Source: Octopus sinensis (Eukaryota). From it: DNA of 64,000 bases. Below are positions 1-11,628 of the stretch, in pieces (the stretch's first letter is position 1; each line of letters starts with the position of its first letter). The notes under the pieces are model-generated. The model had not been told where the DNA came from. It saw nothing but the letters and a program-made list of their open reading frames with translations, and did no database searches. The translations under genes were made by a program, and so were the position numbers. Location of the stretch: contig NC_043008.1 in NCBI RefSeq assembly GCF_006345805.1, positions 28,458,001 through 28,522,000 of the forward strand, written 5' to 3'.

Positions 1-621
1 ATATACATTGGAAGTATATGTAAACACTACAAATCCGACACTCCTGCTAACTGGTATGAAACACCATCCTCAGCCAGTTGTTGAAGGTAAAGATGTCACC
101 ATCCTCTGGGATTTTCCAGTCAACACTGACAGAACGATCAAGGCTAATCGACCAGACATAAGTGTTAAAGACAGGGAAGAAAATACCTGCAGACTAATAG
201 AAGTAAGCGTCCCCACTGATAAAAATGTATCTGTCAAGGAATTTGACAAACTTAGTAAATATAAGGACCTGGAAATCGAAATACAGAAGATGTGGAATCT
301 TAAAACAAAAACTGTTCCTGTTATTGTAGGTGCCCTAGGTATGATAAAAAAGGGATGTCAGAAACACCTAGACAATATCCCTGGAAAACCATGTCTCAAG
401 GAAATCCAAAAGATTGTGCTAACAAGTACTGCCCACATCCTTAGAAAAACCCTATCAAGGTAAATGTTTGTGTTTGCATTACATGGATATATATCTCTAC
501 TTCCCCTCCCCAAGTTTTCAGCTATATTTTAACAACTCTTAACCTTCACTTGCCCTAGGGCGCTGGGTGTGCCCCGACAGGTGATTGCATCAAACATGCA
601 GATTAAAAGTAAATGACAATG

Positions 622-713
<92 letters not shown>
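1..713 (+). mobile_element. 3' end of an R4/Dong-type (RLE) non-LTR retrotransposon with (AAT)n tail
   Basis: ORF 8-463 reads ILWDFPVNTDRTIKANRPDI...LIEVSVP...K..KYKDL..EI..MW......PVIVGALG, the PD-(D/E)xK restriction-like endonuclease end of R4-clade LINEs. A 3' UTR and (AAT)n at about 612-713 follow. Confidence 0.9.
8..463 (+). CDS. Restriction-like endonuclease domain (C-terminus of retrotransposon ORF; runs in from upstream of the window)
   Basis: RPD...IE motif and KYKDL, then a stop at 461-463. Confidence 0.85.
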   Translation: MEVYVNTTNPTLLLTGMKHHPQPVVEGKDVTILWDFPVNTDRTIKANRPDISVKDREENTCRLIEVSVPTDKNVSVKEFDKLSKYKDLEIEIQKMWNLKTKTVPVIVGALGMIKKGCQKHLDNIPGKPCLKEIQKIVLTSTAHILRKTLSR

Positions 714-715
<2 letters not shown>

Positions 716-1463
716 GATCTTAACTGATTGGAAGTGTTATCATGTACATTGTTTTGTCTTGGTATAAAAGATGGGCTACAGCAAATATTCTGCTCAATAC
801 CACAGATTTGCTTGTCAGTTGTTTGACCTTAACCAGTTGAGCATGTCCCTTAGTGGCTGACGATATGTGCATCTCTGATCACGAGCAGAAGAGAAGTAGT
901 GGGGGAGCATGCCCTGATGCAGTACCAGGCAGTGGCTCTCATGGCTTCTGATCTTAACTGATGGGAAGTGTTATCATGTACATTGATTGTCTTGGTATAT
1001 AAAAGAGGGGCTACAGCAAATATTCTGCTCAATACCACAGATTTGCTTGTCAGTTGTTTGACCTTAACCAGTTGAGCATGTCCCTTAGTGGCTGACGATA
1101 TGTGCATCTCTGATCACGAGCAGAAGTAGTGGGGGAGCATCATAGCCATGTGTTGAGAGGGATTCTTTGGGGTTTGAATAGTTCACCTCTGGAACATGGG
1201 TGGTTCTTTCAACATCCTTAAACAACCCTTATTCAGGGACCGTTTGAGCAGGATGGGCTACTCAAAATGGAAGAAAATTCTAACTGGGCCCCACCTCCTG
1301 AAGGTCATGTGCTGTTATCTTGATATGAGATCACCATGTCGCGCACATATGGTTGTGATGCATGTGCCTGGTGTACCTTTATCAGACGGGTAGTCATGAT
1401 GGGTATATTGGCTTCGTATATTTTACCCCAGTGTCACTTGATGGCATGAACTGCTCTCTCACT
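714..1463 (+). repeat. Non-coding interspersed repeat flanked by (AAT)n, with an internal tandem duplication
   Basis: About 714-910 is repeated at about 950-1140. A diverged reverse copy lies at about 3330-3575. AAT runs flank both sides. Confidence 0.7.
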
Positions 1464-1476
1464 CAATAATAATAAT

Positions 1477-3051
1477 AGTCGTGTTTTAGATGTTGACACA
1501 GTCATAAGAGAGCTGAGCAAGAACAAACATACAAAATTTAGGGATAAATGAAGGCTCTGGTATTCAGCATGCAAGCATGAAAGAGAAGATCAGGAAGGAA
1601 TGTTATAGGAGAGTTCGTGCAGTCCTGAAATCTGAACTTAATGCACCGTAACAAGGTGTTAGCTATAAAAATTCCTTAGCAGTTCAAGTTGTTACTTATA
1701 GCTACATGTGTTGAACTGAAATAGTGAAGTAAAGAATATAGATATGAAAATACGCAAGCTGCTGAGTTGTAATAGGATGCACCACCCAAAGGCAGACGTA
1801 GATCGCCTTTACCTCCCAGAGCCCAAGGAGGTTGAGGCCTGATCCAATTTGAACTAGCTTACAAAACAACCACAATGGCCTGGCCAAATATCTCGAAATA
1901 ACGAATGACTGGATGCTAAAGCTCGTGGAAAATCACGAGAGACGAAAGAAGCTTCATTCTATCATAAAGGAAAGGAAAGCAACAAATTTGCTATTGATCT
2001 CGTGCAGGATACCCACTGAACAACCCGAGGGAAGTACGGCAAACTATTGTTGCAAAAAAAAGGTAAATAAAAAATAATGACAACGAAAAAAAGCGCGACG
2101 AGCAATACATAGTAGGAGGAAGAAACCTCTGCACGGCAAATATGTGGTCCGCAGCAAACAAGCTGATGTTGACCAGAAGCAAATCCATCAGTGGCTACGG
2201 AGCTCCGGGCTAAAAGCAGAGAGCGAAGGTTTCATCCTGGCTGCTCAAGATCAAAGCCTATCAACCGGAACTGAACTACCAGGCCATGTGATTGAAAAAT
2301 GGAGCACAGACCAAAATGCCGATTCTGCAACGACATGATTGAAACAGTGGACCACCTAATCTCTGGATGTAAAGTCTTAGCACCAGTGGAGTATAATTAA
2401 GACATGACAGAGTTGGCCAATATCTACCACTGGCTAATAAGTCGGCATTACAATATCAACACCCTGAGGCTGTAACTGAAGGAGAAAGTGTAACGATTAT
2501 GTGGGACTTTCCAGTACATACAGACCGAACCATCAAGGCCAATAAACCAGATATTGTTGTGAAAGACCAAAGCAATAAATTCTGCTTATTGATCGACATG
2601 AGCATCCCCTGTGATTATAATATCTCAGCGAAAGAGTTTGACAAGCTCAGAAAATACAAAGACCTACTCATTGAAATTGAGAAAATGTGGCATCTTAAGG
2701 CGGTTACAATACCAGTGATCGTAGGAGCACTAGGAATGATCAAGAAGCGAACCGAAAATTATATGAGAATGATCCCTGGCTTACCATCCCTGCAAGAAGT
2801 GCAAAAGATTGTCTTAACTGGTACATCACACGTATTGAGAAGAGCATTGTCGATGTGAGAACTGTTGCTGCTCATGTATTTTAATTTAAAAAAAAAAAAT
2901 TTTAAATGAAAGAACTATTGAGTTTGGTTTAATGGCCTACCAATGTATACTATAAGTTTCTTTGCCCTAGGAGTCGGGAAGACACTCGGCAAGAAATGGA
3001 AGCAAATTTGAAAGAAGAAAAACAAATAATAATAATGATAATAATAATAAT
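1477..3051 (+). mobile_element. 5'-truncated, frameshifted R4/Dong-type LINE (RT C-terminus, CCHC region, RLE)
   Basis: IRKECYRRVRAVLKSELNA; HGKY...WLRSSGLKAESEGFILAAQDQSL; MWDFPVHTDRTIKANKPDI...KYKDL (2499-2858). Starts after an AAT run and ends in an AAT tail. Confidence 0.9.
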
Positions 3052-3329
3052 TCCTCAAGCAACCAAAAGATGAATTTGGTATTAATTGTTGTTTTGTACG
3101 GCGGTTGTTTCGACCCATCCAGCTACTGTCACTTATGGGTGGGATTCTGTTGAATATGTTGTGTTGCATCCATTTTGCAATCTACGTCTCATCAGTTACA
3201 TGCATACATAAAGTTGTGTCTCGATAAAGATCCTGTTTTTAATGGATATACCTGGTGGGACCCAGATTGCAAAATGGATGCAACACAAAATTTTGAAAGG
3301 AGTCCCTTGATGCTACCCTACTACGACTT

Positions 3330-3575
3330 CTCGTGATCAGAGATGCACATATCATCAGTCAATAGGGGACATGCTCAACTGGTTAAGGTCAAGCAGCTGA
3401 CAATTGAATCTATCGTATTGACAATTGAATCTATCGTAAGGAGCAGAATGTTTGCTGTAGCCCATCTTTTATACCAAGACAAAACAATGTACATGGTAAC
3501 ACTTACAATCAGTTAAGAAGAGAAACCATGTGAGTAACAACTTGATACTGCATCAGGACAGTGGTACTGCATCAT
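3330..3575 (-). repeat. Diverged partial copy of the 714-1463 repeat, followed by an (ATT/GTT)n tract at 3577-3707
   Basis: Reverse-complement match, e.g. gtgatcagagatgcacatatc...acatgctcaactggttaaggtc. Confidence 0.7.
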
Positions 3576-3605
3576 GTATTATTATTATTAGTAGTATTAT
3601 TATCA

Positions 3606-3637
<32 letters not shown>

Positions 3638-5144
3638 GATTGTTGTTGTTGTTATTATTATTATTATTGTTGTTGTTGTTGTTGTTATTATTATTATTAT
3701 TATTGTTACACACACGGGCGCGCATATATATGGGGGAGGTCTTTCTATCCACGACCAGGAAAATTCCCGTAAGCAAACACCTTGGTCAACGCCTCGCAGA
3801 TATAAAGGCTGAATACCAAATCTTCACTATTTATCAAGGCCGCGCAACACTGTAGCCAAATTTCGATTTAATAAGAAAATCATGCTAATTAAGAAATATT
3901 AATTGCAACTAAATATTCTTTAATAACACACTAGAAAGAAGAAAAATCTCAAAAAAAAAACAACAACCGGATACAACTGACAATTCAAAAACTTTAGACT
4001 AGTGTTCCTCGTGGCTTTCGTAACTTCAACTCCAAATAACTATACAATAACACCATGCACCTTCTCAAACACTAATTGATGACGTCACTTCTCACCATGC
4101 CAATGAAATTTACCTCCGGTCAGAATCGTGCCCCCGGGAGAAGAGCAAACTGACTCCTTAAGGAAATCAACCAACCGGAACAGTTGATGACCATTTCCTA
4201 CAGGGAAGTCAACCAAGCAGAACGCCAAACTTGACCAGAATAAAATGCAGGTTCTTTATCAAAATAAAGTGACATCACAAAACCTACTACCAATCAAAAG
4301 ATATTCCAATAAAGATATTGGTAGTAGAAAACCAGCCAGCCAACCACGCCAAAACAAAATCGGTTTCCTATCAAAGACATCAAACAGAAAGAATAAAATG
4401 CTATCATAATTATAACGTTAGATATTTTTATATGTATACACACACACAAGGTATTCTCTGATTCCAAAACACTCCGTTAAAAGCGAAAAGCACTGTATGC
4501 GATGAAAAAAAAAAGAACTACACGCAAGACGGAAGAAACTGTAAACAAATAAACTTTGTTTTTACTTTCTTCTTTTCTTCTTTCTGCCTCTGGTCCACGT
4601 ATTGTATAATAACTCAGTATGACCGAACTTTTAGTAATCCGCATTTTTTATATTCTTCGCTGATCATTTTTGATATTATTACATCTGGCATTGAATTTTG
4701 TGAAGATTTGATCCTATAAACATGTTTTCGATTTCTTAATTTTAAATTCTGTTAAAATCCCATTGTTTCGTATACATTTATACCCATTGTTAAAAAGAAA
4801 ATTGTTGAAACTAGTTCGGTATGAATGTAAATAAGAATTTATAACTACAAGTTTTTCAAATTCAGGTGCCTTTTGAAAAGCAAGTTCTATATTTTTACCT
4901 ACGTTGACCTCTTCTCCCCACCCCCACACACATAGATACGCACACATAAATCAAAGGTAAAACAGAAAAAACATAACAAACGGAAATCAACAAAACACAA
5001 CATGCGGAAAAATAGACGAAAGCACGACAAACGGCAAACGGCACAAAAACAAAATACACGTATCATTTGCAGCCGATTTCCTCATCATTCGGAATCCGGA
5101 TAGTCCTTTTAGTTTCGCCCTCTTATATATATGTTTGTGTGGGT

Positions 5145-5312
5145 ATACACACGGGGCGCTTCCTTTAGTTTCCGTCTACCAAATCCACTCACAAAGCTTT
5201 GGTCGAACCGAGACTATAGATGCAAAGACTTATCCAGTTTGCTATGCAACGGGGCTGAACCCGAAACCATCCGGCTGGAAAGGAAATATCTTAACAGAGA
5301 GCCATGCCTGCG
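5145..5312 (-). mobile_element. tRNA-derived SINE, 5' half (family of 53829-54230)
   Basis: tttccgtctaccaaatccactcacaaagctttggtcg matches 54085-54130. Confidence 0.65.
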
Positions 5313-7297
5313 CGTATATTGATTTAATCATATTGAAATCTAAATAAAAGTCCCAGTTCATAATAGCATGAAACTTATAGAAACATGTTTCGCGTAACAA
5401 ATGAGATAGTGTTTGATGGGTGGCAGAATTTTATCTGAGAGTAAAATAGTTGAATGCGTAGCAAGAGATAACAACGATTAATAGATTTTCGAATATGAGC
5501 CACATTCACCCCTAGAATTTTCATCAGATTTATTACTATGGCTTTAATTTTCATTTCCTCCACCTTCAATAATATGAACTCTCCAACTTGCACCATAATT
5601 TAGTTCAATGTATTCAACATTCAATTAATAGGGCATGTGATTTTAAGAAAATATCTGTAACCTTTTGATTCTAGTTGCGAATTTAGCCAATAAAAGAAAA
5701 ATGATTTTAAATGTTTGGAAAAGATTGACGTTATATTTGGCACTATTTACTGCTGAAGTAATTACATGAAGTGAAATATGTGCAATGTACTTATATATCT
5801 TTATTATCTTCCTTATCGCATATATTAGAAGCAGTAACAATAAATATCTTGCGAAATACTATGTAAACAACTAGCAAGCGTTTTCCCTAATTTCAGAAAG
5901 CCTGCACTTATTTTATGGTCGTAATCTTCCAACGTATGCCAATATAATTTGGAATGTATCCAACTGGATGAGCTCAGCAAAACAACAATTATAACATAAA
6001 GATCGGTTTAATTATGAAAAACTAATTAATTGTGAACGTTAATTTCTTTTAACCTTAAAACATTTATGGCAAATATTAGATTAATGTATCATTTTGCGTC
6101 AGTGTCAGAGACATACACATTGTATTCTATTTCAATGTTAAAATCGCTTCAATTTTGTTGTGTCTTAGGTGAATCATTACCCCAATAAATTTAACACATG
6201 CACAAGTTCAATTCCACTTCTTTATTATTTGACAATCGGTTGAGTATCTACCTGACTAATCGATCGTTTCTTTAAGGTAGTGGCTTGGATGATAAGTCGG
6301 TTGTTTATTAATCAAATTTCTTTTTTTTTTTTGTTTTTTAGCCTTAAAACTTTTATTGCGAGTAGTAGATTAATATATTATTTTGCGTCGGTTTCAGAGA
6401 CATAGACAATAAGTTAGTAACTTTCCTCTCGAAGAGAAATATGTAAACGAAATGAAATATGTAAGAAGAATTTTGTCAGGTAATTTAAACTATGACTATA
6501 AGAATTTCCTTCCCATGAGATTTTCATGACAAATTCATACATGTTTGTCAGCGTTATCTTTAGCATTACACTTGCTAATTAATAGGTTGCGTATATGCGT
6601 TTTACCAAAGACTAAATGATATATCATTCTGAATACTAGTGGACCTTCATTAAAGAAATATAGAAATTCTTATCTAGTAGTTCCTTATGATATTATCCAA
6701 CTAGACCTAAAATGCGAACACTAAACGCGAAGAAAAGTAGCAAGACTTAATAAATAAATTATCAATCTTTTCATAGACCTTGGGTCATCACTCGTAATAA
6801 ATTTATCCCATTACTCGTATATACTACATTATCTACTTCAAAAATAAATGCGTGTAAACTAGAAAATGTTTGAAAAAACCTACAATTTACTAGCAAATAA
6901 TTGTTTTGGTGGATGGGGATTATATACTCATTTGCACGATTGCACGTTCCATTCCTTTAGTGCTAAATATAACTTCATAAAGCAATTATAGAAACAGAAT
7001 TGAAAAATGACGTTGTGTATTTCATACAAATTTTATTGGTCATACATTATAAACATCAGTTGTAGTAAATATAATTTATATTCAATTTGGAATTGAAATG
7101 AAATAACTATTTCAAATTGTATCTAAGCATATGTTTGATAGCAGTTTTATACAATATTGTATGTAATACACATATGTAATTATAATTTTTTCTGCATTCC
7201 AATTCACATTTCCATATGTTAATATTTTGTGCGCATTACTAAATATACATGCATATATATTTACACGCACATACACACATACATATATATTTATGTA

Positions 7298-8216
7298 TAG
7301 GAAGGATAGGGAAGGTGGAGTAAGAATGTTTAGGGGTGGGGTGGGCTTATGGGGGAGAGTTAACGATGAAGGAGGGAAGAGGAAGGTGGGTATGAGAGAA
7401 GAGAAAGAAAGAAGGTAAGAGAGAAGAGAAAGAGAGTAAGGGTGAAGAGAAGTTGCAGTGAAGAGAAGTAGGAGTCGGAGTACGAAAGGAGAGGTGGGTG
7501 GGAGGAAGTAGGAGGGGGGAAGAGAGAGGCAAGTGGAGGAGGCTAGAGGAAGAGGAGCGAATAGTGAAGATGAATCCCTGTTCACGGCGCAAACGGGAAT
7601 CCGGACGGCCTCTGTACAAGGACAATCCGATCACGGACAGGTGTTGCAAAGAGCGACCGGTAGAACGAAAATGGCGTGAGACAGGGGTGTCATTATCGAG
7701 GCGGATGTCTCGGAGGTGTTCCACGATCAGTCAAGCGGCGACCCGTTTGTCCGATGTACAGAGAATGGCAGAGAGAGCAGGATATGCAATAGATGATATT
7801 GGTAGAAGTGCAGGTAAAGGAATCGGTGATGTGATAGGATCGATGATGGGTGCCGGTGATCAAGATGATGTTGGAGAGGTAAGGGTAAGTGCGACAGCGT
7901 GGGCAGAAGCAGGGGAACGAGCCAGGTTTGGAGGTTGGGTTGAGGAAGAAGCTGTGGAACAAGAGACCTCGTAGGTTGTGGGTTCGTTTGAAGGAGAGGA
8001 GAGTTCGGTTAGGGCGTATCGGACTGGAGATGCCGAAAAGCTCGGAGAATGATACGTTGGAGAGGTAGGTTGGTGGGGTGGTAGGTGAGGGGAAACAGGA
8101 GGCGGGAGGGTGCAGGGCGGGTCCGGAGGGAGAGTGAAGATGCACGGTCCACAGAACGTGCTCTTTCAAGGGCGGTATGGATAGTTGGGAGGGGATATCC
8201 ACGTAGGATGAAGTGG

Positions 8217-8220
<4 letters not shown>
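7298..8220 (-). mobile_element. Penelope-like element (Neptune-like) 3' part: Zn-finger linker and GIY-YIG endonuclease, frameshifted
   Basis: CFCPRCRTYPY...FTCTSTNIIYCISCSLCHSLYIGQTGRRL..R / EHLRDIR...PVSRHF...RLRREQGFIF; followed by a pyrimidine-rich 3' region. Confidence 0.9.
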
Positions 8221-8250
<30 letters not shown>

Positions 8251-8253
<3 letters not shown>

Positions 8254-9364
8254 ATCCTAAATCTAATTTTTCCCTGTAAGTTTGGAGTCATACTCCCTAA
8301 TATTATTATCATATATATATATATATATATAGGCTTGGGCATTCCGCGCTTGTGAAAAATAAATGGAAAGAATAAATAGAGTCAAACGAAAGAGAGAGTA
8401 GGATTCGATAGCTATTTAATGACCACTATACATGTTTCGATACATCATAGATCCACATATATACAGGTTTTAAATATAAAGTAAGTAACGGTCTATCTGT
8501 ATAATAGGACCAAATTGTATCTCTTCTGCTGATATACAATCTATTTCAATAAATGTTTGATTTCGATGACATCACATCCACTGGCATCAAAAATTTCTTT
8601 ACAGAAACAGCAATTATATGTAACGTGAGGAAATGAAACAAGGTCCTATTATACAGCTAAACCGTTACTTAATCTAAATTTAAATATGCATATATGTAGA
8701 TGTATATCGTATAGAAACATGTGTAGTGATATTTAAACAGCTGTCGAATCGTACTCCATCTACTTTTTGACACTATCTATTTGTTCCTTTTACATATATA
8801 TATATAATATATATATATATTTAATCCTAAATCTAATTTTTCCCTGTAAGTTTGGAGTCATACTCCCTAATATTATTATCATATATATATATATATATAT
8901 AGGCTTGGGCATTCCGCGCTTGTGAAAAATAAATGGAAAGAATAAATAGAGTCAAACGAAAGAGAGAGTAGGATTCGATAGCTATTTAATGACCACTATA
9001 CATGTTTCGATACATCATAGATCCACATATATACAGGTTTTAAATATAAAGTAAGTAACGGTCTATCTGTATAATAGGACCAAATTGTATCTCTTCTGCT
9101 GATATACAATCTATTTCAATAAATGTTTGATTTCGATGACATCACATCCACCTGGCATCAAAAATTTCTTTACAGAAACAGCAATTATATGTAACGTGAG
9201 GAAATGAAACAAGGTCCTATTATACAGCTAAACCGTTACTTAATCTAAATTTAAATATGCATATATGTAGATGTATATCGTATAGAAACATGTGTAGTGA
9301 TATTTAAACAGCTGTCGAATCGTACTCCATCTACTTTTTGACACTATCTATTTGTTCCTTTTAC
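8251..9364. repeat. Near-perfect 570-bp tandem duplication of a TA-flanked imperfect inverted-repeat element
   Basis: ttaatcctaaatc starts at both 8251 and 8821. Within each unit, about 8360-8520 is inverted relative to about 8640-8793. Confidence 0.9.
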
Positions 9365-9394
9365 ATATATATATATATATACATACAGCTAATA

Positions 9395-10083
9395 TAGGAT
9401 AACATTTTTCGATAAAAATTTTATCAATGGCCAGCATATTAAAAAATACCTTTAAAGATTAAATTTATGAACAACTTATAAACAAGGTCAAATGAAAAAA
9501 TTTCTAATGCCAAATATGCCGAAACTAGACGCATTGTCCATAACCGTATAATTCATCACAATAAGCACGTTACTCGAAGAAAGCCCACAGAAATTTTAAA
9601 AAATTCCGTTATTATCATATCGGACCCGATTTCAGAGTTAGTTCATAAGAACTTTCCCTTCGTCAGTGATAAATGAGGCAAATAAATAAATGAAATACTT
9701 ACTTATACCATGGAAGAACCAAACACTAAGTCATGAACACAATTAAGTACCCCAAATATATCCAAAATAGAAATACTCCAGCCCAACTCTGTGAAAGTTT
9801 CAGTTCGAATCGCACGTATCTCGCATGGGCTGGGTATTTCTATTTTGGATATATTTGGGGTACTTAATTGTGTTCATGACTTAATGTTTGACAAAGGGAA
9901 AGTTCTTATGAATTAACTCTGAAAACAGGTCCGATATGGTAATAACGGAATTTTTTAGAAATTTCTCTAGGCTTTCTTCGAGTAATGTGCTTATTGTGAT
10001 AAATTAAACGGTTATGGACAATGTGTCTAGTTTCGGCATATTTGGCATTAGAAACTTGTCTTTTGCCCCTGTTTATAAGTTGT
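9395..10083. repeat. TA-flanked imperfect palindrome (PLE pLTR-like), same family as 57768-58003
   Basis: 9470-9665 is the reverse complement of 9890-10083, and 9720-9785 of 9826-9891. The 5' end matches 57770-57900. Confidence 0.8.
9612..9672 (-). ncRNA. Type I hammerhead ribozyme
   Basis: Minus strand: ttatca-CTGACGA-aggg aa agttc ttat gaact aa ctct-GAAA-tcgggtccga-TA-tgataa. This gives a 6-bp stem I, an interrupted stem II, a palindromic stem III and an AUA cleavage triplet. Confidence 0.85.
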
Positions 10084-10109
10084 ATATATATATACATATA
10101 TACATGCAA

Positions 10110-11070
10110 TTAAAAAATAGGATAAAATCTTCATAAGAATTTATCAAGTAGTTAGCTTTCAAAAACTCATAAGAGAAAAATTCATCAATTTTTCACTTAA
10201 ATATATTTATTTATTATATAGAGGGCATTAGTACACATAAATACCACACACTAGGAGGGACTCTTAAAGTCGAAACTACTAAAACAAATAAAAAATATCG
10301 TACCGAAACCAACTCTCGAAGCAAGTCATTTAAAAACAGAATTCAGCTGCATATCACCTGTGATTTAATAATCAGTGCAGTGGTATGCACTCTTTACTCC
10401 TCAGTGCAAGCATAATTCAAGGTTTATAATGAATGAACAAAAACAACATACCAGGCGAACAACCGTCGTATCCAACGAAGCATGTAGAAATGTTCACCCC
10501 TTACACATCTATGTAAATGAGTTGTATTTCGGTACGATATGTTTATATATTTTCGTAGTTTTGACTTTAAGAGTCCCTCTTAGTGTGTGGCATTTATGTG
10601 TAAAAATGCCCTCAATAAAATATAAAAATAATATATTTATGTGAAAAGATTGATGGATTTTTCTCTTGTGAGGTTTTGCACGCTAACTACTTGATCAAAT
10701 CTTATGAAGATTTTATCCTACTTTTAAATTGTAAATTTAACAGGTGTATATTCAATACTGAATTTTTATTCCGAATAACCACGTTGTTACTGCAGTGCAA
10801 TTCGAAAAAACCTGCCATTTACAGAGATATGTAAGGTGTGAACATTTCTTCATGCTGCGTTGGATACAACGGTTGTTCGCCTGGTATGTGGTTTTTCTTC
10901 ATTCATTATAAATCTTGAATTACTAAATCACAGGGGATATGCAGCTGAATTCTGGTTTTATATGACTTGCATCGAGAGTTGTATTTCAGTACGATATGGT
11001 TATTTATTTTAGTAGTTTTAATTTTAAGAGTCCCTCCTAGCGTGCGGCATTTATGTGTAACAATGCTCTC
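10110..11070. repeat. TA-flanked complex inverted repeat (one forward arm, two reverse partial arms; pLTR-like)
   Basis: 10110-10320 is the reverse complement of 10520-10735, and 10215-10515 of 10815-11070. Confidence 0.75.
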
Positions 11071-11100
11071 TATATCATATCATATATATATATATATTAT

Positions 11101-11148
<48 letters not shown>

Positions 11149-11628
11149 TAATTCCATTGGATTATATGAGAATACATATCAACTTGACGTTGTGAATGAA
11201 ATATACTGACGGATCAAGAACACTATATTTTGGTTTCTGATTAATCCCCATTAGAATTAATTTGAGGAGGGAACAACCTGTACATATGAGAGAGAAACAG
11301 TCGTCATTATACCTTAGTCTTACGTTCATGATTAGGATAGTTTTCAGCGAAAATGTGAAGATCGACCTCAGTAAGTATCAAAACTTTTCAGCGAATTGCA
11401 GTCATCATAAGAATAGCTATTGAAATTTCTGCATTCATATTCATATCGTTAGATAGCTTTTGTTTTAAAAGCAACATTATGTAAGTACACACATTTCCCT
11501 TACGAGACTCAATAATCTTAACCACATAATATATGACTCTACAAAATATAAAAGTGTCACTATACATTCTGAATTTTACACAGAACTTTTACTTCCGGAG
11601 AAGTCGGGCAATTATAGATAAAGTCTAA

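Noticed and set aside
853-900. CTGACGA in the AAT-flanked repeat as a possible hammerhead
   Set aside because: No GAAA or stem III at a usable position
5380-5530. Minus-strand CTGATGA ... GAAACATGTT pair
   Set aside because: Stems I and II do not pair
7498-7974. 158-aa plus-strand ORF (also the plus-strand ORFs over 59.9-62 kb)
   Set aside because: Antisense shadows of minus-strand retroelement coding sequence
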